64,000 bases of DNA from Syntrophales bacterium (GTDB lineage Bacteria > Desulfobacterota > Syntrophia > Syntrophales > UBA2210), in assembly GCA_963662405.2 (NCBI GenBank), contig CAXXKT010000002.1:320001-384000 (forward strand), in the 5' to 3' direction. This document shows, piece after piece, positions 49,721 to 60,749 of the stretch. Each line of letters starts with the position of its first letter. Positions within the stretch are counted from its first letter, which is position 1. Under the pieces are notes generated by a model. That model saw only the letters and a list, made by a program, of their open reading frames with translations. It was not told the DNA's origin and did not search any database. Both the position numbers and the translations under genes were made by a program.

Positions 49721-50594
49721 TCACTCCAATCTCATTGACTCAATCATCTCTTTCAGGTGAGTCACCTCTTCTTCACCCGGCGTTTCTCCTTCGGGGAACC
49801 CATAGGTGATTCCTAACTGGGCACTCTTTGACCGTCCTCCCTCATGGTACGGCAGCAGGGATACCTTTCGAACGCCGATCTCTTGGCCGAGCAAGGCTAT
49901 CTTCCTGATATGCCCCTCAGGAATCATTGAACCCACGAATAAGGGGAATACGCAGCCATACCTCTTTTATCTTTGCTGCTTTCTTTAGATTTTCCAAGAT
50001 TACATCGTTTCGGACACCGGTAGCCTTTCGATGTATGTCAGAATCAAGATGTTTGATATCATAGAGGATCAAGTCAACAAACGGCAGGACCGACTCCATC
50101 TGTTTCCACTGGGCATGACCGGAGGTGTCCAGTACGGTATGTAATCCCTCTTTCTTGCACGCAGCGAGAACTGCCTGCACAAACATACCCTGTGATAACG
50201 GCTCTCCCCCCCCGATACGGTAATCCCGCCTCCCGAGTTTTTATAGAAGATTCGATCCTGCAACACCTCGTCGAGCACCTCCTTGACCGTCATGTACGTT
50301 TCGCATCGAACCAGAGAACCGTACAGGCAGCTCTCAACACAGGCCAAGCATTGATCCCATTGATCCCTGTGTATTACCCTCCCTGTTTCTCCTGAAATAG
50401 ATATGGCCTCCTGAGGGCATGCCTCCACGCAAGCGCCACACCCCTTGCAATGAATATCCCGTACCATCAGCTCAGGTATACATTTCTTGGATTCCGGGTT
50501 GGAACACCATCCAATCCAATGGACACCCCTTTATAAATACCGTTGTCCTGATGCCGGGGCCATCATTGACACTGAATTTCTGGATGTTGAAGAC
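49721..50594 (-). pseudogene. Glycyl-radical enzyme activating enzyme, multiply frameshifted, 5' end cut by IS3
   Basis: [25 protein letters not shown], ferredoxin-type Cys motifs, SGGGITVSGGE, YDIKH, LLPYH spread over four ORF fragments. Confidence 0.88.
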
Positions 50595-51780
50595 TGAAGT
50601 TCCCCCAAAATGATGGACACACCGAAAAGTTAGAGATAAAGGAAGAAGGACTTGGAGGTGTGCAGTGGGAAATAAGAGAGAGGGGAGCAGTTTTGACAAA
50701 GAATTCAAGAAGGAAGTAGTCCATTTAGTTACAGGAAGAGGACGGAAGGTTTTTTAGAAGTAGCGCGGGATTTAGATATCCACCCTAATGTGATACACCG
50801 ATGGAAGCGAGAGTGTCTGGAAGACATTGAGGATGCATTTCCTGGTAAAGGGCGTATGAAACCCGAAGGAGATGAGATGCGAAAGTTAAAGAAGACGCTG
50901 GCCGATGTGACGGAGGAGCGAGACATATTAAAAAAAGTGTTGGCCATCTTTTCAAAACACCCTCGATGAAATATCAGTTCATTGACAAATACCGCTCCGT
51001 ATATCGAGTGGGAAAGATGTGCCGGATATTGCAATATAGGCCGGAGCAGTTATTACGCATGGAAGAGGCGTCGCAAGAGCATGAGAGACGAGGAAAACGA
51101 GAGTCTTGTTTTTACGATCAGGCTGGTCCATGGAAAGAGTCACAAGGCCTATGGTAGCCCCAGAATTACCGCCCAATTGCGTGCACGAGGCATCAGGTGC
51201 GGTAAGAACCGTGTTGCCCGTCTTATGCGAGAGAACGGGATAATGGCAAAGACAAAGCGCAGATTTAAGATTACCACGGATTCAAAGCACAACTTGCCAA
51301 TAGCCGAAAACCTTCTTGGGCAGGATTTTACAGCAGATGCTCCGAGTAAAACATGGACGGGCGACATTACGTATGTGTGGACAAGGCAGGGTTGGATGTA
51401 TCTTGCTGTAGCATTAGATCTATTCAATCGTGAAATCGTAGGTTGGTCCATGAAAAAGAGGATAACAAAGGATGTCGTGACAAAAGCCCTTACCATGGCC
51501 ATACAGCGAAAGAGACCGCAGAAAGGGCTGATATTTCATTCAGACCGAGAAAGTCAGTACGCAAGTCATGAATGCAGAAAGCTTCTGGGAAAGCATCATT
51601 TTATCCAGAGCATGAGTGGTAAAGGAAATTGCTATGACAATGCTGTTACGGAAAGTTTCTTCCATATATTAAAAACGGAACTCATATACGGTGAAAAATA
51701 CAAAACTCGGACAGAAGCTCGTCAGAGCATCTTCGAATACATCGAGATATTCTACAATAGAATCAGGAGTCATTCATATT
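50595..51780 (+). mobile_element. IS3-family element, frameshifted, right end lost at the IS5 junction
   Basis: Left IR TGAAGTTCCCCCAAAATGATGGACA; OrfA (ERDILKK) and OrfB (WTGDITY, HSDR, GNCYDNA). Confidence 0.88.
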
Positions 51781-53546
51781 TAGGGCCTTCTGAAGAAGTC
51801 ATTTATCTTGACAATACAAGGTGTTACGTGTATATTTTATGTAATTGGTGCCCGAAAAATGATCGATAGGTGCCAAAAACCGTGCACGTGGATGGGACGA
51901 TGTATAGACACAATGTGAGGCAACTTTCATTCGAGGAGTTCAATCTGCCCTTCAGGGGACATTTACGGGGAGACAACCGGTGGGTCATCTTATCCACATT
52001 GATTCCATGGGAGATGGTGGAAGAGATCTATACGTCACAATTGAGTTGTGATTATGGAGCCCCGGCCCATTCGGCCCGGATGGCCTTCGGTTCCCTGTTG
52101 ATCAAGGAGCGATTGCGACTGAGCGATGAAGAGACCGTGGCCCAGATCACGGAGAACCCCTATCTCCAGTACTTCATTGGGTTGCGGGACTTCCAGAAGG
52201 ATGCCCCCTTTGATCCGTCCCAGATGGTCTATTTTCGCAGGCGTTTTCCCGCCGAGGCGGTTGATCGGATCAATGAGGCGATAGCCGCCGCCCGGATTCG
52301 GGAAGATATGGACAAGACCTCAAAAGAACATTCATCCGATGATCCCCCACCGGGAGGCGGCAGTTCCGATCGGAGCAATGAATCGGCACAATCAAAAGAA
52401 CCCAAGGTAAAGAACCAGGGCAAGCTGATCGTTGATGCCACCTGCACCCCGCCGGATGTTGCCTACCCCACCGATCTGAACCTCTTGAACAAAGCGAGGG
52501 AGAAGGCTGAGAAGATCATCGACACCCTCCATGGCGCCCGTACGGACCGGGCACCCAAGCCGCGGACCTACCGGAAGAAAGCCCGCAAGGACTACCTGGC
52601 CGTAGCAAAAGCCAAGAGACCCGGACACAAGAAGATACGCAAAGCCATTGGGCAACAACTGCGATACCTCCGTCGAGACCTGGGACACATTGACACCTTG
52701 GCGGAGCAGGTATCTCTTTCGGTACTCTCCCCCCGTCACTATCGTGATCTACTGGTCATCCATGAGGTCTACCGGCAACAGAAGGCCATGTACGAGAGCA
52801 AGACCCATCGGATTGACGATCGGATCATCAGCATCTCCCAGCCGTACCTCCGTCCGATCAAACGGGGGAAGGTAACTGCGGAAACGGAGTTCGGGGCCAA
52901 GGTATCTATCAGTCTTGTCCGGGGCTATGCCTTTACCGAGCGTATCAGCTGGGACAACTTCAACGAAGGGATTGACCTGAAGGACATCATTGATCGGTAT
53001 CATACGAGGTTCGGTACCTATCCTGAATCGGTCCACGTGGATGCGATATACCGGAATCGCGAGAACCGGCGATATTGCCGGAAATACGGGATTCGTTTAT
53101 CAGGGCCACCGCTGGGTCGTCCCCGTACAAAGACCCCGGAGAACCAGGAAGAGATGAAGGCGGTCCAGCAACTAACCAGGCAAGACGAGTTGGATCGCAT
53201 TTCGGTGGAAGGGAAGTTCGGCCAGGGGAAACGGCGATTTGGTCTTAACCGTATCATGGCAAAACTGGCAGACACCAGTGCTACGGTGATTACCCTGACC
53301 ATCCTGGTCATGAACCTGGAGAAGCTGCTCAAGGCGGCTCTTTCTCCGCTTCTTTGTATCTTTTTTCTGTGTGAGCAATCTCTTCAGCGGCAATATAGGG
53401 CGATTCTCACTGTTGAAGTGCCATTATATCATCATCTGGTGACCTTCAGGCCTGATCAGAGGTGTTGCTGTTGATGCTTGGCACAACCAGTATCACGGGT
53501 AACTTTACGGTAAAATGAGAAATATTGCTTTTTTCAGGAAACCCTA
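51781..53546 (+). mobile_element. IS5-family element
   Basis: Imperfect IR TAGGGCCTTCTGAAGAAG / TAGGGTTTCCTGAAAAAAG. Confidence 0.8.
51900..53474 (+). CDS. IS5-family transposase
   Basis: ENPYLQYFIG, IVDAT, RIISISQP, EFGAK, D.IY, R..VEGKFGQGKR. Confidence 0.9.
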   Translation: MYRHNVRQLSFEEFNLPFRGHLRGDNRWVILSTLIPWEMVEEIYTSQLSCDYGAPAHSARMAFGSLLIKERLRLSDEETVAQITENPYLQYFIGLRDFQKDAPFDPSQMVYFRRRFPAEAVDRINEAIAAARIREDMDKTSKEHSSDDPPPGGGSSDRSNESAQSKEPKVKNQGKLIVDATCTPPDVAYPTDLNLLNKAREKAEKIIDTLHGARTDRAPKPRTYRKKARKDYLAVAKAKRPGHKKIRKAIGQQLRYLRRDLGHIDTLAEQVSLSVLSPRHYRDLLVIHEVYRQQKAMYESKTHRIDDRIISISQPYLRPIKRGKVTAETEFGAKVSISLVRGYAFTERISWDNFNEGIDLKDIIDRYHTRFGTYPESVHVDAIYRNRENRRYCRKYGIRLSGPPLGRPRTKTPENQEEMKAVQQLTRQDELDRISVEGKFGQGKRRFGLNRIMAKLADTSATVITLTILVMNLEKLLKAALSPLLCIFFLCEQSLQRQYRAILTVEVPLYHHLVTFRPDQRCCC

Positions 53547-53668
53547 ATTAGTAGGTAGGTGTAACGATTGTCAAGGCCAAATTTTAATTCAAGGCAAGCA
53601 CAGGATCCTTGAGTGTGTCACTTATATGCTGGGCCTGTTTCCACCACTGAGCAGGGATGGTATATAAT

Positions 53669-54463
53669 CTATCTTCCGCGGAATACGGGTTTTCGTTTCT
53701 CCAGAAAAGCGCGTCGTCCCTCGATATAGTCCTCACTGGCGTAGCAGCGGGCGTCCAGATCCTCCATACGGGGAATATCAAGATTATCATCGTGTTTCAT
53801 GAGCTCGATAATGATGTTCTTCGCCGCCTGTATGGTCAGCGGGGCATTGCCGCCGATCATATCGCAATAGGCTTGGACGAAATCCGCCAGCTCGTCGTCA
53901 GCGACAACCCGGTTAACAAGCCCCATGCCGTGCGCCTCAGCGGCCGTAAAGGTACGGCCGGTAAAAAGGATCTCCCGGGCAAAGGCCGGCCCGGCAAGGT
54001 CGATGATCATCTTAAGGCCGGGCCAGCTGTAACCCAGCCCCAGCTTGGCCGCCGGGATACCGAAACGCGCGCTTGCCGCTGAGAGGCGCATATCGCAGGC
54101 CAGCGCAATGCCTATGCCGCCGCCCATACAAAAGCCCCGGATCATCGCGATGGTCGGTTTGTTGATCGTGTACAGCTTTCTTGACGCGGTTTCGCCGGTT
54201 TTGTTGTAGTACGCCACCTGCTCGGGTGTGGAGCGCACCGTGTCGAATTCTGAGACGTCGGCCCCGGCGGTAAAGGCCCTGTCTCCTGCCCCGGACACGA
54301 CGATCACCCGCACATCGGGATTTTCGGCATAGTGGTCGAGGACCGCATGCATGGCCTGCCACATTTCCAGAGTCACAGAATTGTTTCGCTCAGGCTGGTT
54401 GAAGATCAGCCAGCCGGTTGGACCTTCGATTCGGGCAATAACCCGTTCGCTGGGAGAAATCAT
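53669..54463 (-). CDS. Enoyl-CoA hydratase/isomerase family protein
   Basis: AFTAGADV, KPTIAMIRGFCMGGG, EGRRAFLEKRKP. Confidence 0.92.
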   Translation of the reverse strand: MISPSERVIARIEGPTGWLIFNQPERNNSVTLEMWQAMHAVLDHYAENPDVRVIVVSGAGDRAFTAGADVSEFDTVRSTPEQVAYYNKTGETASRKLYTINKPTIAMIRGFCMGGGIGIALACDMRLSAASARFGIPAAKLGLGYSWPGLKMIIDLAGPAFAREILFTGRTFTAAEAHGMGLVNRVVADDELADFVQAYCDMIGGNAPLTIQAAKNIIIELMKHDDNLDIPRMEDLDARCYASEDYIEGRRAFLEKRKPVFRGR

Positions 54464-54489
54464 ATACAGATCCTTTTCGTCATTGCCGC

Positions 54490-55662
54490 TTAAATAACTC
54501 CGCTGTCCCGGAATCCGGCAATGGCGTTGTCATCATAGCCGAGATTGAGCAAGATATCAACGGTATGTTCACCCCGTTCCGGCGTCGCCGAAACAAGCTG
54601 CGACGGCGTACGGCTGAGGATGACCGGCTGACCGATCAGGTCCAGCTGCCCCAGTGTGGGATGCGTGACGGGTTGCACAATCCCCATGTGCTTTACCTGC
54701 GGATCGTCGAAGACCTGATCCATCGTATAGGCCGGGCCACAGGGGACGCTTGCACCGTTAAATATCGCGATCCATTCCGAAGATGTCTTGTGCAGCAGGA
54801 GTTCACTGATCGCCGCATTGACCTTCTCGCGGTTATAGTAGCGGGAACGGGCGGTGGCAAAATCCGGTTCGTCGGCAAGGTGCTCCGCGCCCAAGGCGCG
54901 GCACAGGCGGCGATAGATCTCATCGCCAGTCACGGCAATATTGATGTGCCCGTCGCTGGTTTTGAAGAGGCCCGTGGGAACCGCCGTGGGATGATCGTTC
55001 CCCACCTGCGGGGGCACGATATGGTCGATCGTCCAGCGTGCCGCCTGAAAATCGAGCATGGAGATCTGAGCAGCCAGCAGCGATGACTGCACCCATTGCC
55101 CCTCCCCCGATTCCTCTCGTTCCAAGAGGGCAACCAGGATGCCCATGGCGGCAAAGATGCCCGCCGTCAGATCTGCAATCGGGATACCAACGCGGACGGG
55201 TCCCTGGCCGGGCAGGCCGGTGATCGACATGAGACCGCCCATCCCCTGAGCGATCTGATCCAGGCCGGGAAGGTCGCGATAGGGACCATCCTGGCCGAAG
55301 CCGGAGACACTGGCATAGACAAGGCGCGGATTGACCTTTTTGAGACTCTCATAGTCAATACCCAGCCGGTATTTCACATCGGGCCGGTAATTTTCCACAA
55401 ACACGTCAGCCGATTCGACCAGGCGTTTCATGATCGCCAGGCCTTCAGGCTGTTTCAGGTCCAGAGTCATGCTCCGCTTGTTGCGGTGAATGTTCTGAAA
55501 ATCAGATCCATGCCGGTCGCCACCCAGGGCCTTGTCCGGACCCGGCGCCTCAACCTTGATGACATCGGCACCCCAATCGGCCAGCTGCCGGACACAAGTG
55601 GGTCCGGCTCTGACATGCGCAACATCAATGACTCGAAATCGGGAAAGCGGCGGTTTGATCAT
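54490..55662 (-). CDS. Family III CoA-transferase (CaiB/BaiF)
   Basis: AGP....LADWGADVIKVE, RNKRS, ENYRP, SGFGQDGPY, IADL. Confidence 0.93.
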   Translation of the reverse strand: MIKPPLSRFRVIDVAHVRAGPTCVRQLADWGADVIKVEAPGPDKALGGDRHGSDFQNIHRNKRSMTLDLKQPEGLAIMKRLVESADVFVENYRPDVKYRLGIDYESLKKVNPRLVYASVSGFGQDGPYRDLPGLDQIAQGMGGLMSITGLPGQGPVRVGIPIADLTAGIFAAMGILVALLEREESGEGQWVQSSLLAAQISMLDFQAARWTIDHIVPPQVGNDHPTAVPTGLFKTSDGHINIAVTGDEIYRRLCRALGAEHLADEPDFATARSRYYNREKVNAAISELLLHKTSSEWIAIFNGASVPCGPAYTMDQVFDDPQVKHMGIVQPVTHPTLGQLDLIGQPVILSRTPSQLVSATPERGEHTVDILLNLGYDDNAIAGFRDSGVI

Positions 55663-55746
55663 AGGCTTCTTCTCCGGATGAAAATAGTTACTCTTTCTGT
55701 GCGTAAATATTTATATCTACTGTCATGTCCTCAATGAACCGCTGTT

Positions 55747-55762
55747 TGCAATTATGTTGCCA
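55747..55762 (-). promoter_or_regulatory. Sigma54 -24/-12 promoter
   Basis: Minus strand TGGCAA-CATAA-TTGCA, ~85 bp upstream of the CoA-transferase. Confidence 0.7.
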
Positions 55763-56134
55763 GAATTAATCCCACCCGGTCGCACATGAAGGATTCCTGT
55801 GAAAACGGAGTGATACCTTTTCCGGCACCCCCGAGAATTATGACAAGCCCCGCCTGCTATATCTGTAACTGACACTGTAGCGTTACAGTGCCTGTCACAT
55901 TCCTCATGGTAACAACGACTGCTGCAGAGGAAAGCTGTTCAGCGGATTGTCCTGCTTCCCACGTGCCTCCTGACAATACCGATCACGGCATTTCTTTTGT
56001 CATTCCAGCCATTCCATCTTGCATTTCATCCGACACAAGCAATGTTTTCGAGGCACAGAGGGCATGTGCTGTTTTTCGGCTCAAAATTTGCTTAGAAGAC
56101 GCTGCGCGTCCATAATCCGTGTAAGGAGAAAGAG

Positions 56135-57868
56135 ATGATCAAACTGGAGTTTTACGATCCATCCGGTAGTATCGAGGTCACGCAGTCCCATGCACTCAGG
56201 CTTGATTCGCTTTCCGGAAAATGTATCGCTTTGCTCAGCAACGAACAATGGCAGGCTCACCGTACGTTACCGCTGATCAAGACAATGCTGGAGGAGGATT
56301 TTCCGGACTGCTTCGTGCTGCCACCGGACACTTTTCCCCAGGGCCTTGCCGCCATTGCCAGTGAGGAAACCGCCCGGCTCGTGAAGGATAGAGGTGTCGA
56401 TGCGGTTATTATCGGTAACGCGGCCTGAGGATCGTGCGCTATAGCATGCGGCCGTGCAGCCGCAAGAATTGAAACTCAGGGTATTCCAACGGTCATCCTG
56501 ACCCGCGCTGATTTTGTGGGCGTCATGAAAAATGCCCTTTCGGGCCTGGGGCTTGCGCCGGAAGCGGCCATGGTCACGTTCCCGATGGATTTGTTTTTGC
56601 CCGACAGCGATATTGCACCGATTCGAAAACGTCGTCAGGAATTCTACGATGGTCTTACCCGATGGCAACCGGAATCGGTTTCGGACACATCGGCAACCGG
56701 CACACTGCTGAGTGTCGAGGGAAAAAATTATGAAGACGCTCTGGTCAAAGCCAATCATCTGTTCGTCACCAACTTATGGAGCGACGGCTTGCCTCTTTTG
56801 CCGGCAACCCGCGAGCGTGTAAACTGGATTTTACAAGGCGCTGCCCTGCCCCGCACCCATATCATCGGCACGTTTCCGCCGCGCGGCGCCGTCGTTACGG
56901 TTGAGTCCTGCGCGATTTCACTGGCCATGGCCGGGGGCAGGCCCGAATACCTGCCGGTGCTGATTGCCGGTGTGGAAGCCTTTCTCGATGCCCGCTCCGG
57001 CGCCGAGCACCTGCAGGCGGCTTCCGGCAGCGCCTTCCCCGTCATCATTGTCAACGGCCCGATCGGCACGCAGATCCGGCTCAGTTCTTCTTTCGGCTGC
57101 CTCGGACCGGATCCGCAAAGACCCGCCGGCGCCGGCATTGGACGTGCGCTACGTCTTATGCAGCAAAATCTGGGAGGGGCACTGCCCGGCACGGGAACCA
57201 TGGCTAACTTCGGCCCCATGCGTTACACGAATGTGATATTCGCCGAAGATGAAGAAGGCTTGCCCCAGGGCTGGTCGCCCCACGGAACGGAACGCCACGG
57301 CTATGCGCCGGGTACAAACTCGGTGTCGCTTGCCTTTGCCAACGGCGCCGCCAACATCAGGCGGCGCGGCGCAAGAAAAGAAACCCCGCAGGAAGAGGCC
57401 CTGCAGGGAATGCACCGCATGGCGGATTTCATGCGCACGCCCAATGTAGCCAACCTGCCCGGTTATGAAAACGGCACTCCCGGTATTCTCATGATTCCTC
57501 AGGTTGTTGCCCACATGATGACAACGCTGGGATGGACAAAGCGATCCATGCGCGAATTTCTGTGGGAACAGGCCAAGATACCGATGGAACATTTACAGCG
57601 CTCGGGCGCTCTTCAATGGATAGAAGTTGACGCCGGACCGGCTCAACTTGCCAGCCTGAATCTCGATCCCTGGCCGATCTGTGCCAGTCCCGACCAGATG
57701 ATTATTGTCTGCGCGGGTGGAAACCATCCGACCAACAGTTGCTGGCTGCAGGGGTACTGCCCGCGCGTTATCGGACGCGAGATTCGTGTCCCGGAGGAAT
57801 TTGATCATCTGCTTACGGCTGCCAATCGCGATTTGGGTTGCGGCGCGGACGCCTGCATGATCTACTAA
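56135..57868 (+). CDS. UGSC-family selenoprotein (in-frame TGA at 56426-56428 read as Sec)
   Basis: Track ORFs 56135-56428 and 56516-57868 are in the same frame, joined by AA-U-GSC-AIACGRAA..GIPTV. Confidence 0.85.
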
Positions 57869-57935
57869 TACAGCCACGTTTCAAAAGAGAATCGATCATC
57901 CATTATTGTGATATGACATAACCGGTAAGGGAAAC

Positions 57936-58286
57936 ATGATCAATTATTCTTCCATCTTTGTCGCTTTCATCATCGTGGGGTTCATTGCAACCGCATTTTT
58001 TGTTTCCGGTCGCAAGTCCAAACGGGCGGTCGGCGAGGTGCTCAGCATCTTCGAAAGGCACAACGCCATCGGAGTCCAAGAGGCCAAGATGGTAGACGAA
58101 CTGGGGTTAGCCTCTCCCACACTCGTAGCCAGCTTCAACAGCATGAGGGACTATAAACCCGGCGCTCTGAATACCCTGATACAGATGGATATCGTTCGCG
58201 TCACGGATGAAGGAAAGCTGTATGTTTCCGCGCGCAGTCTTGAGGAACGAAAAAAGAAAAGGAGGAATGATAAAAAGTCTTCATGA
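57936..58286 (+). CDS. Hypothetical protein with N-terminal TM anchor
   Basis: Hydrophobic N-terminus; AAGGG RBS. Confidence 0.6.
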   Translation: MINYSSIFVAFIIVGFIATAFFVSGRKSKRAVGEVLSIFERHNAIGVQEAKMVDELGLASPTLVASFNSMRDYKPGALNTLIQMDIVRVTDEGKLYVSARSLEERKKKRRNDKKSS

Positions 58287-58483
58287 GCTGTGAATTGGGA
58301 TACACTGTTTGAAACTTTATAGTTTTGGGCAGCAAGGCTACTGTTCGACATGTTTACTGGTCTTCGAGACCGCAAAGGAGAATGAAGAGCTGTAGCCGCA
58401 ACATTCAATGATCTTCGAGATCGAATAGGAGATTGGGACCAATTCACCTGACAGGCGCTGTCCAAGATGTGAGGAGGCGTTCT

Positions 58484-59596
58484 ATGAAGATGAGTATCGG
58501 GGTTGACCTTCACAAGACGCAGTTTACCGTTTGTTGTTTGAGTGAAGATCGGAGTGTTCAGGAGTCGGGCATCTACCCGACGACTGATCGAGGTTACCGG
58601 GCATTTATCATGAAGGTGTCCAACTGGAATGAGGGCGGTTACGAGGTCACGGCAGCGGTGGAATCAACAGGGAACACCCGACACTTTCGCAACCGGTTTT
58701 TGAAGGCGGGGATTGAGGTCAAGATAGTGAACACCTTGAAATTCAAGGTTGTAAATGAGTCAGTAAAAAAGACTGACAAGCATGATTCCCGCACATTGGC
58801 TGAGTTTCTTGAGAAAGATATGCTTCCCGAGTCCATTCTTTGTTCGCAGGAAAGCGAGGACATTCGAAGGCTTCTCAAGTCACGTTCTGTTCTGGTGAAA
58901 GCTTTGGTATCCTTGAAAAACCAGATACACGGTTTATTGCTTGGATATGGGATAGAGAGTCGGCGGGGACAGCTGCAGAGCAAAAAAGAAAGGCAGCGAA
59001 TCCTTGACGGTCTCGCGGACCATAGGAGTTACGGAAACGCTGCCCGAGCGGTAAAACCGCTTCTTGGTACAATAGACCAAATTGCATCCGAGGTCAAAGG
59101 ACTTGAGCGCGTATTATCTGATCTTGTTTCTGAAGACGAGGATGTTGCTCTGTTGCAAACGATTCCTGGCGTTGGAATAATAACAGCAGCGACGATTCGG
59201 GCTTATACCGATGACATCAACCGATATGAGAGCGCCAAGCAGTATGCTGCTCATGCCGGTTTGGTACCATGGGTTCAAAACTCCAACAAGACCATTCGCC
59301 ATGGTCATATTACCAAGCGAGGCCCCGTGGAACTGAGGACGGCTTTTGTGCAAATGGTAATGGGGATGCTACGGCTTCGGAATAAAACCGATGGATATTG
59401 GCTTATGTACAAATACAAAGCCATGAAAGAGAACAAGGGAACCGGGAAGAGCGTAATAGCGACGGCGCGAAAGATGAGCACTATTGTATATGCCATCTTG
59501 AAGAAGGGGGAGCTGTTTGATCCATCGAAAATGCTGCCAGACCCGAAATATGTAGAGATGAGTAAGGTTGCGAGGTGTTATGCTTTGGCCGTTTAA
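58484..59596 (+). CDS. IS110-family transposase (element approx. 58290-59652)
   Basis: GVDLHK, VESTG, KTDKHDS, IPGVG, AGLVP..QNS, ITKRG, ARKM. Confidence 0.93.
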   Translation: MKMSIGVDLHKTQFTVCCLSEDRSVQESGIYPTTDRGYRAFIMKVSNWNEGGYEVTAAVESTGNTRHFRNRFLKAGIEVKIVNTLKFKVVNESVKKTDKHDSRTLAEFLEKDMLPESILCSQESEDIRRLLKSRSVLVKALVSLKNQIHGLLLGYGIESRRGQLQSKKERQRILDGLADHRSYGNAARAVKPLLGTIDQIASEVKGLERVLSDLVSEDEDVALLQTIPGVGIITAATIRAYTDDINRYESAKQYAAHAGLVPWVQNSNKTIRHGHITKRGPVELRTAFVQMVMGMLRLRNKTDGYWLMYKYKAMKENKGTGKSVIATARKMSTIVYAILKKGELFDPSKMLPDPKYVEMSKVARCYALAV

Positions 59597-59738
59597 ATTT
59601 TAACCATGGGCCTGTTTGACAGGCTCTCCATGAATTGACTTTTTATAGGAGTAATTCACGGTTGATTTTTGATTGATTGGAGCCGGAGACGATATCTATG
59701 TCCTCCAGCCCATGGCAGTCATGCACTTCAAGCAGTTC

Positions 59739-60524
59739 TTACCCCTCGCCGAGACCGGCCTTGACATGTTCCAGGACCCGCACCATCGACTCACCGGCAC
59801 CGGCGTTCAAGACGATCGAGGCCTCCGTATCCAGCGGTGTGGGATCGTTGTTGATGATGACCAGCCTGGCCCCGCTCCGGACGGCATGGATCGGCATGTA
59901 GGCGGCGGGATAGACAACCAGCGACGAACCGATGACGATACACAGGTCGCACCGGCGTGACCGTTCTTCGGCCTCCCGCGTCTCCTCGACCGGCATGGAC
60001 TGGCCGAAGGAGATAGTGGCCGACTTCATGATCCCCCCACAGGCGTCGCACAGGGGGATCTCCACACCGTCGTCAAGCCATCCTTCGATCTCCTCGCGGG
60101 TCCACCTTTTATTGCAGTCCAGACAGACCACGTAGCGTGTCGTCCCGTGGAGTTCGATCACCCGGTCCGGGGCATTCCCCGCCATCTGATGGAGACCGTC
60201 AATATTCTGTGTGATGACGCAGTCAAGTTTTCCCAGCTTTTCGAGTTCGGCTACCGCATAATGGGCACGGTTGGGCTTGACGTCCGACCAGGGTATGGCG
60301 CGGAAGAATTGCCAGGCGCGTCGACGCACCTCGATCTCTCCGACAAATCGCTGAAAGGTAAACTCCCGGGGATCAAACTTCGTCCAGATACCACCGGGGG
60401 AGCGAAAATCAGGAATTCCCGACTCGGTACTGATCCCCGCCCCGGTAAAGACCACGATCCTTCGAGCGTCAAGGATACGATCGGCTATCTCTCCGGCCTT
60501 CCGTTCGAGCACTTCGTTTTGCAT
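59739..60524 (-). CDS. NAD-dependent protein deacylase (Sir2/CobB family)
   Basis: FTGAGISTESGIPDFR, TQNIDGLHQ, ELHG, CxxC..CxxC, GSSL.VYPAA; start placed at ATG 60524. Confidence 0.93.
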   Translation of the reverse strand: MQNEVLERKAGEIADRILDARRIVVFTGAGISTESGIPDFRSPGGIWTKFDPREFTFQRFVGEIEVRRRAWQFFRAIPWSDVKPNRAHYAVAELEKLGKLDCVITQNIDGLHQMAGNAPDRVIELHGTTRYVVCLDCNKRWTREEIEGWLDDGVEIPLCDACGGIMKSATISFGQSMPVEETREAEERSRRCDLCIVIGSSLVVYPAAYMPIHAVRSGARLVIINNDPTPLDTEASIVLNAGAGESMVRVLEHVKAGLGEG

Positions 60525-60749
60525 CGGCGCAACCCTCCCTGGAGTATCGTCACGGCTTATTAGTTCGCATACTGACCCGTCGTCTGTCAACACCGATTCA
60601 TCTCGCTCCATTGACGGGTTATTTTCCCCATATTTTTTTGATCCTCTATTAAAGATCCTTCTATAAATGCCGATATATGCGCTATATTCCTTCAAAAAAG
60701 TATCAGGCGGTATCAGCATTTCAAAACCGAGGAACAACGGAGGGGAGAT

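Noticed and set aside
51778..53549. ATT as IS5 target-site duplication
   Set aside because: The interrupted IS3 does not resume on the right side, so the flanks were not originally contiguous; the match may be chance
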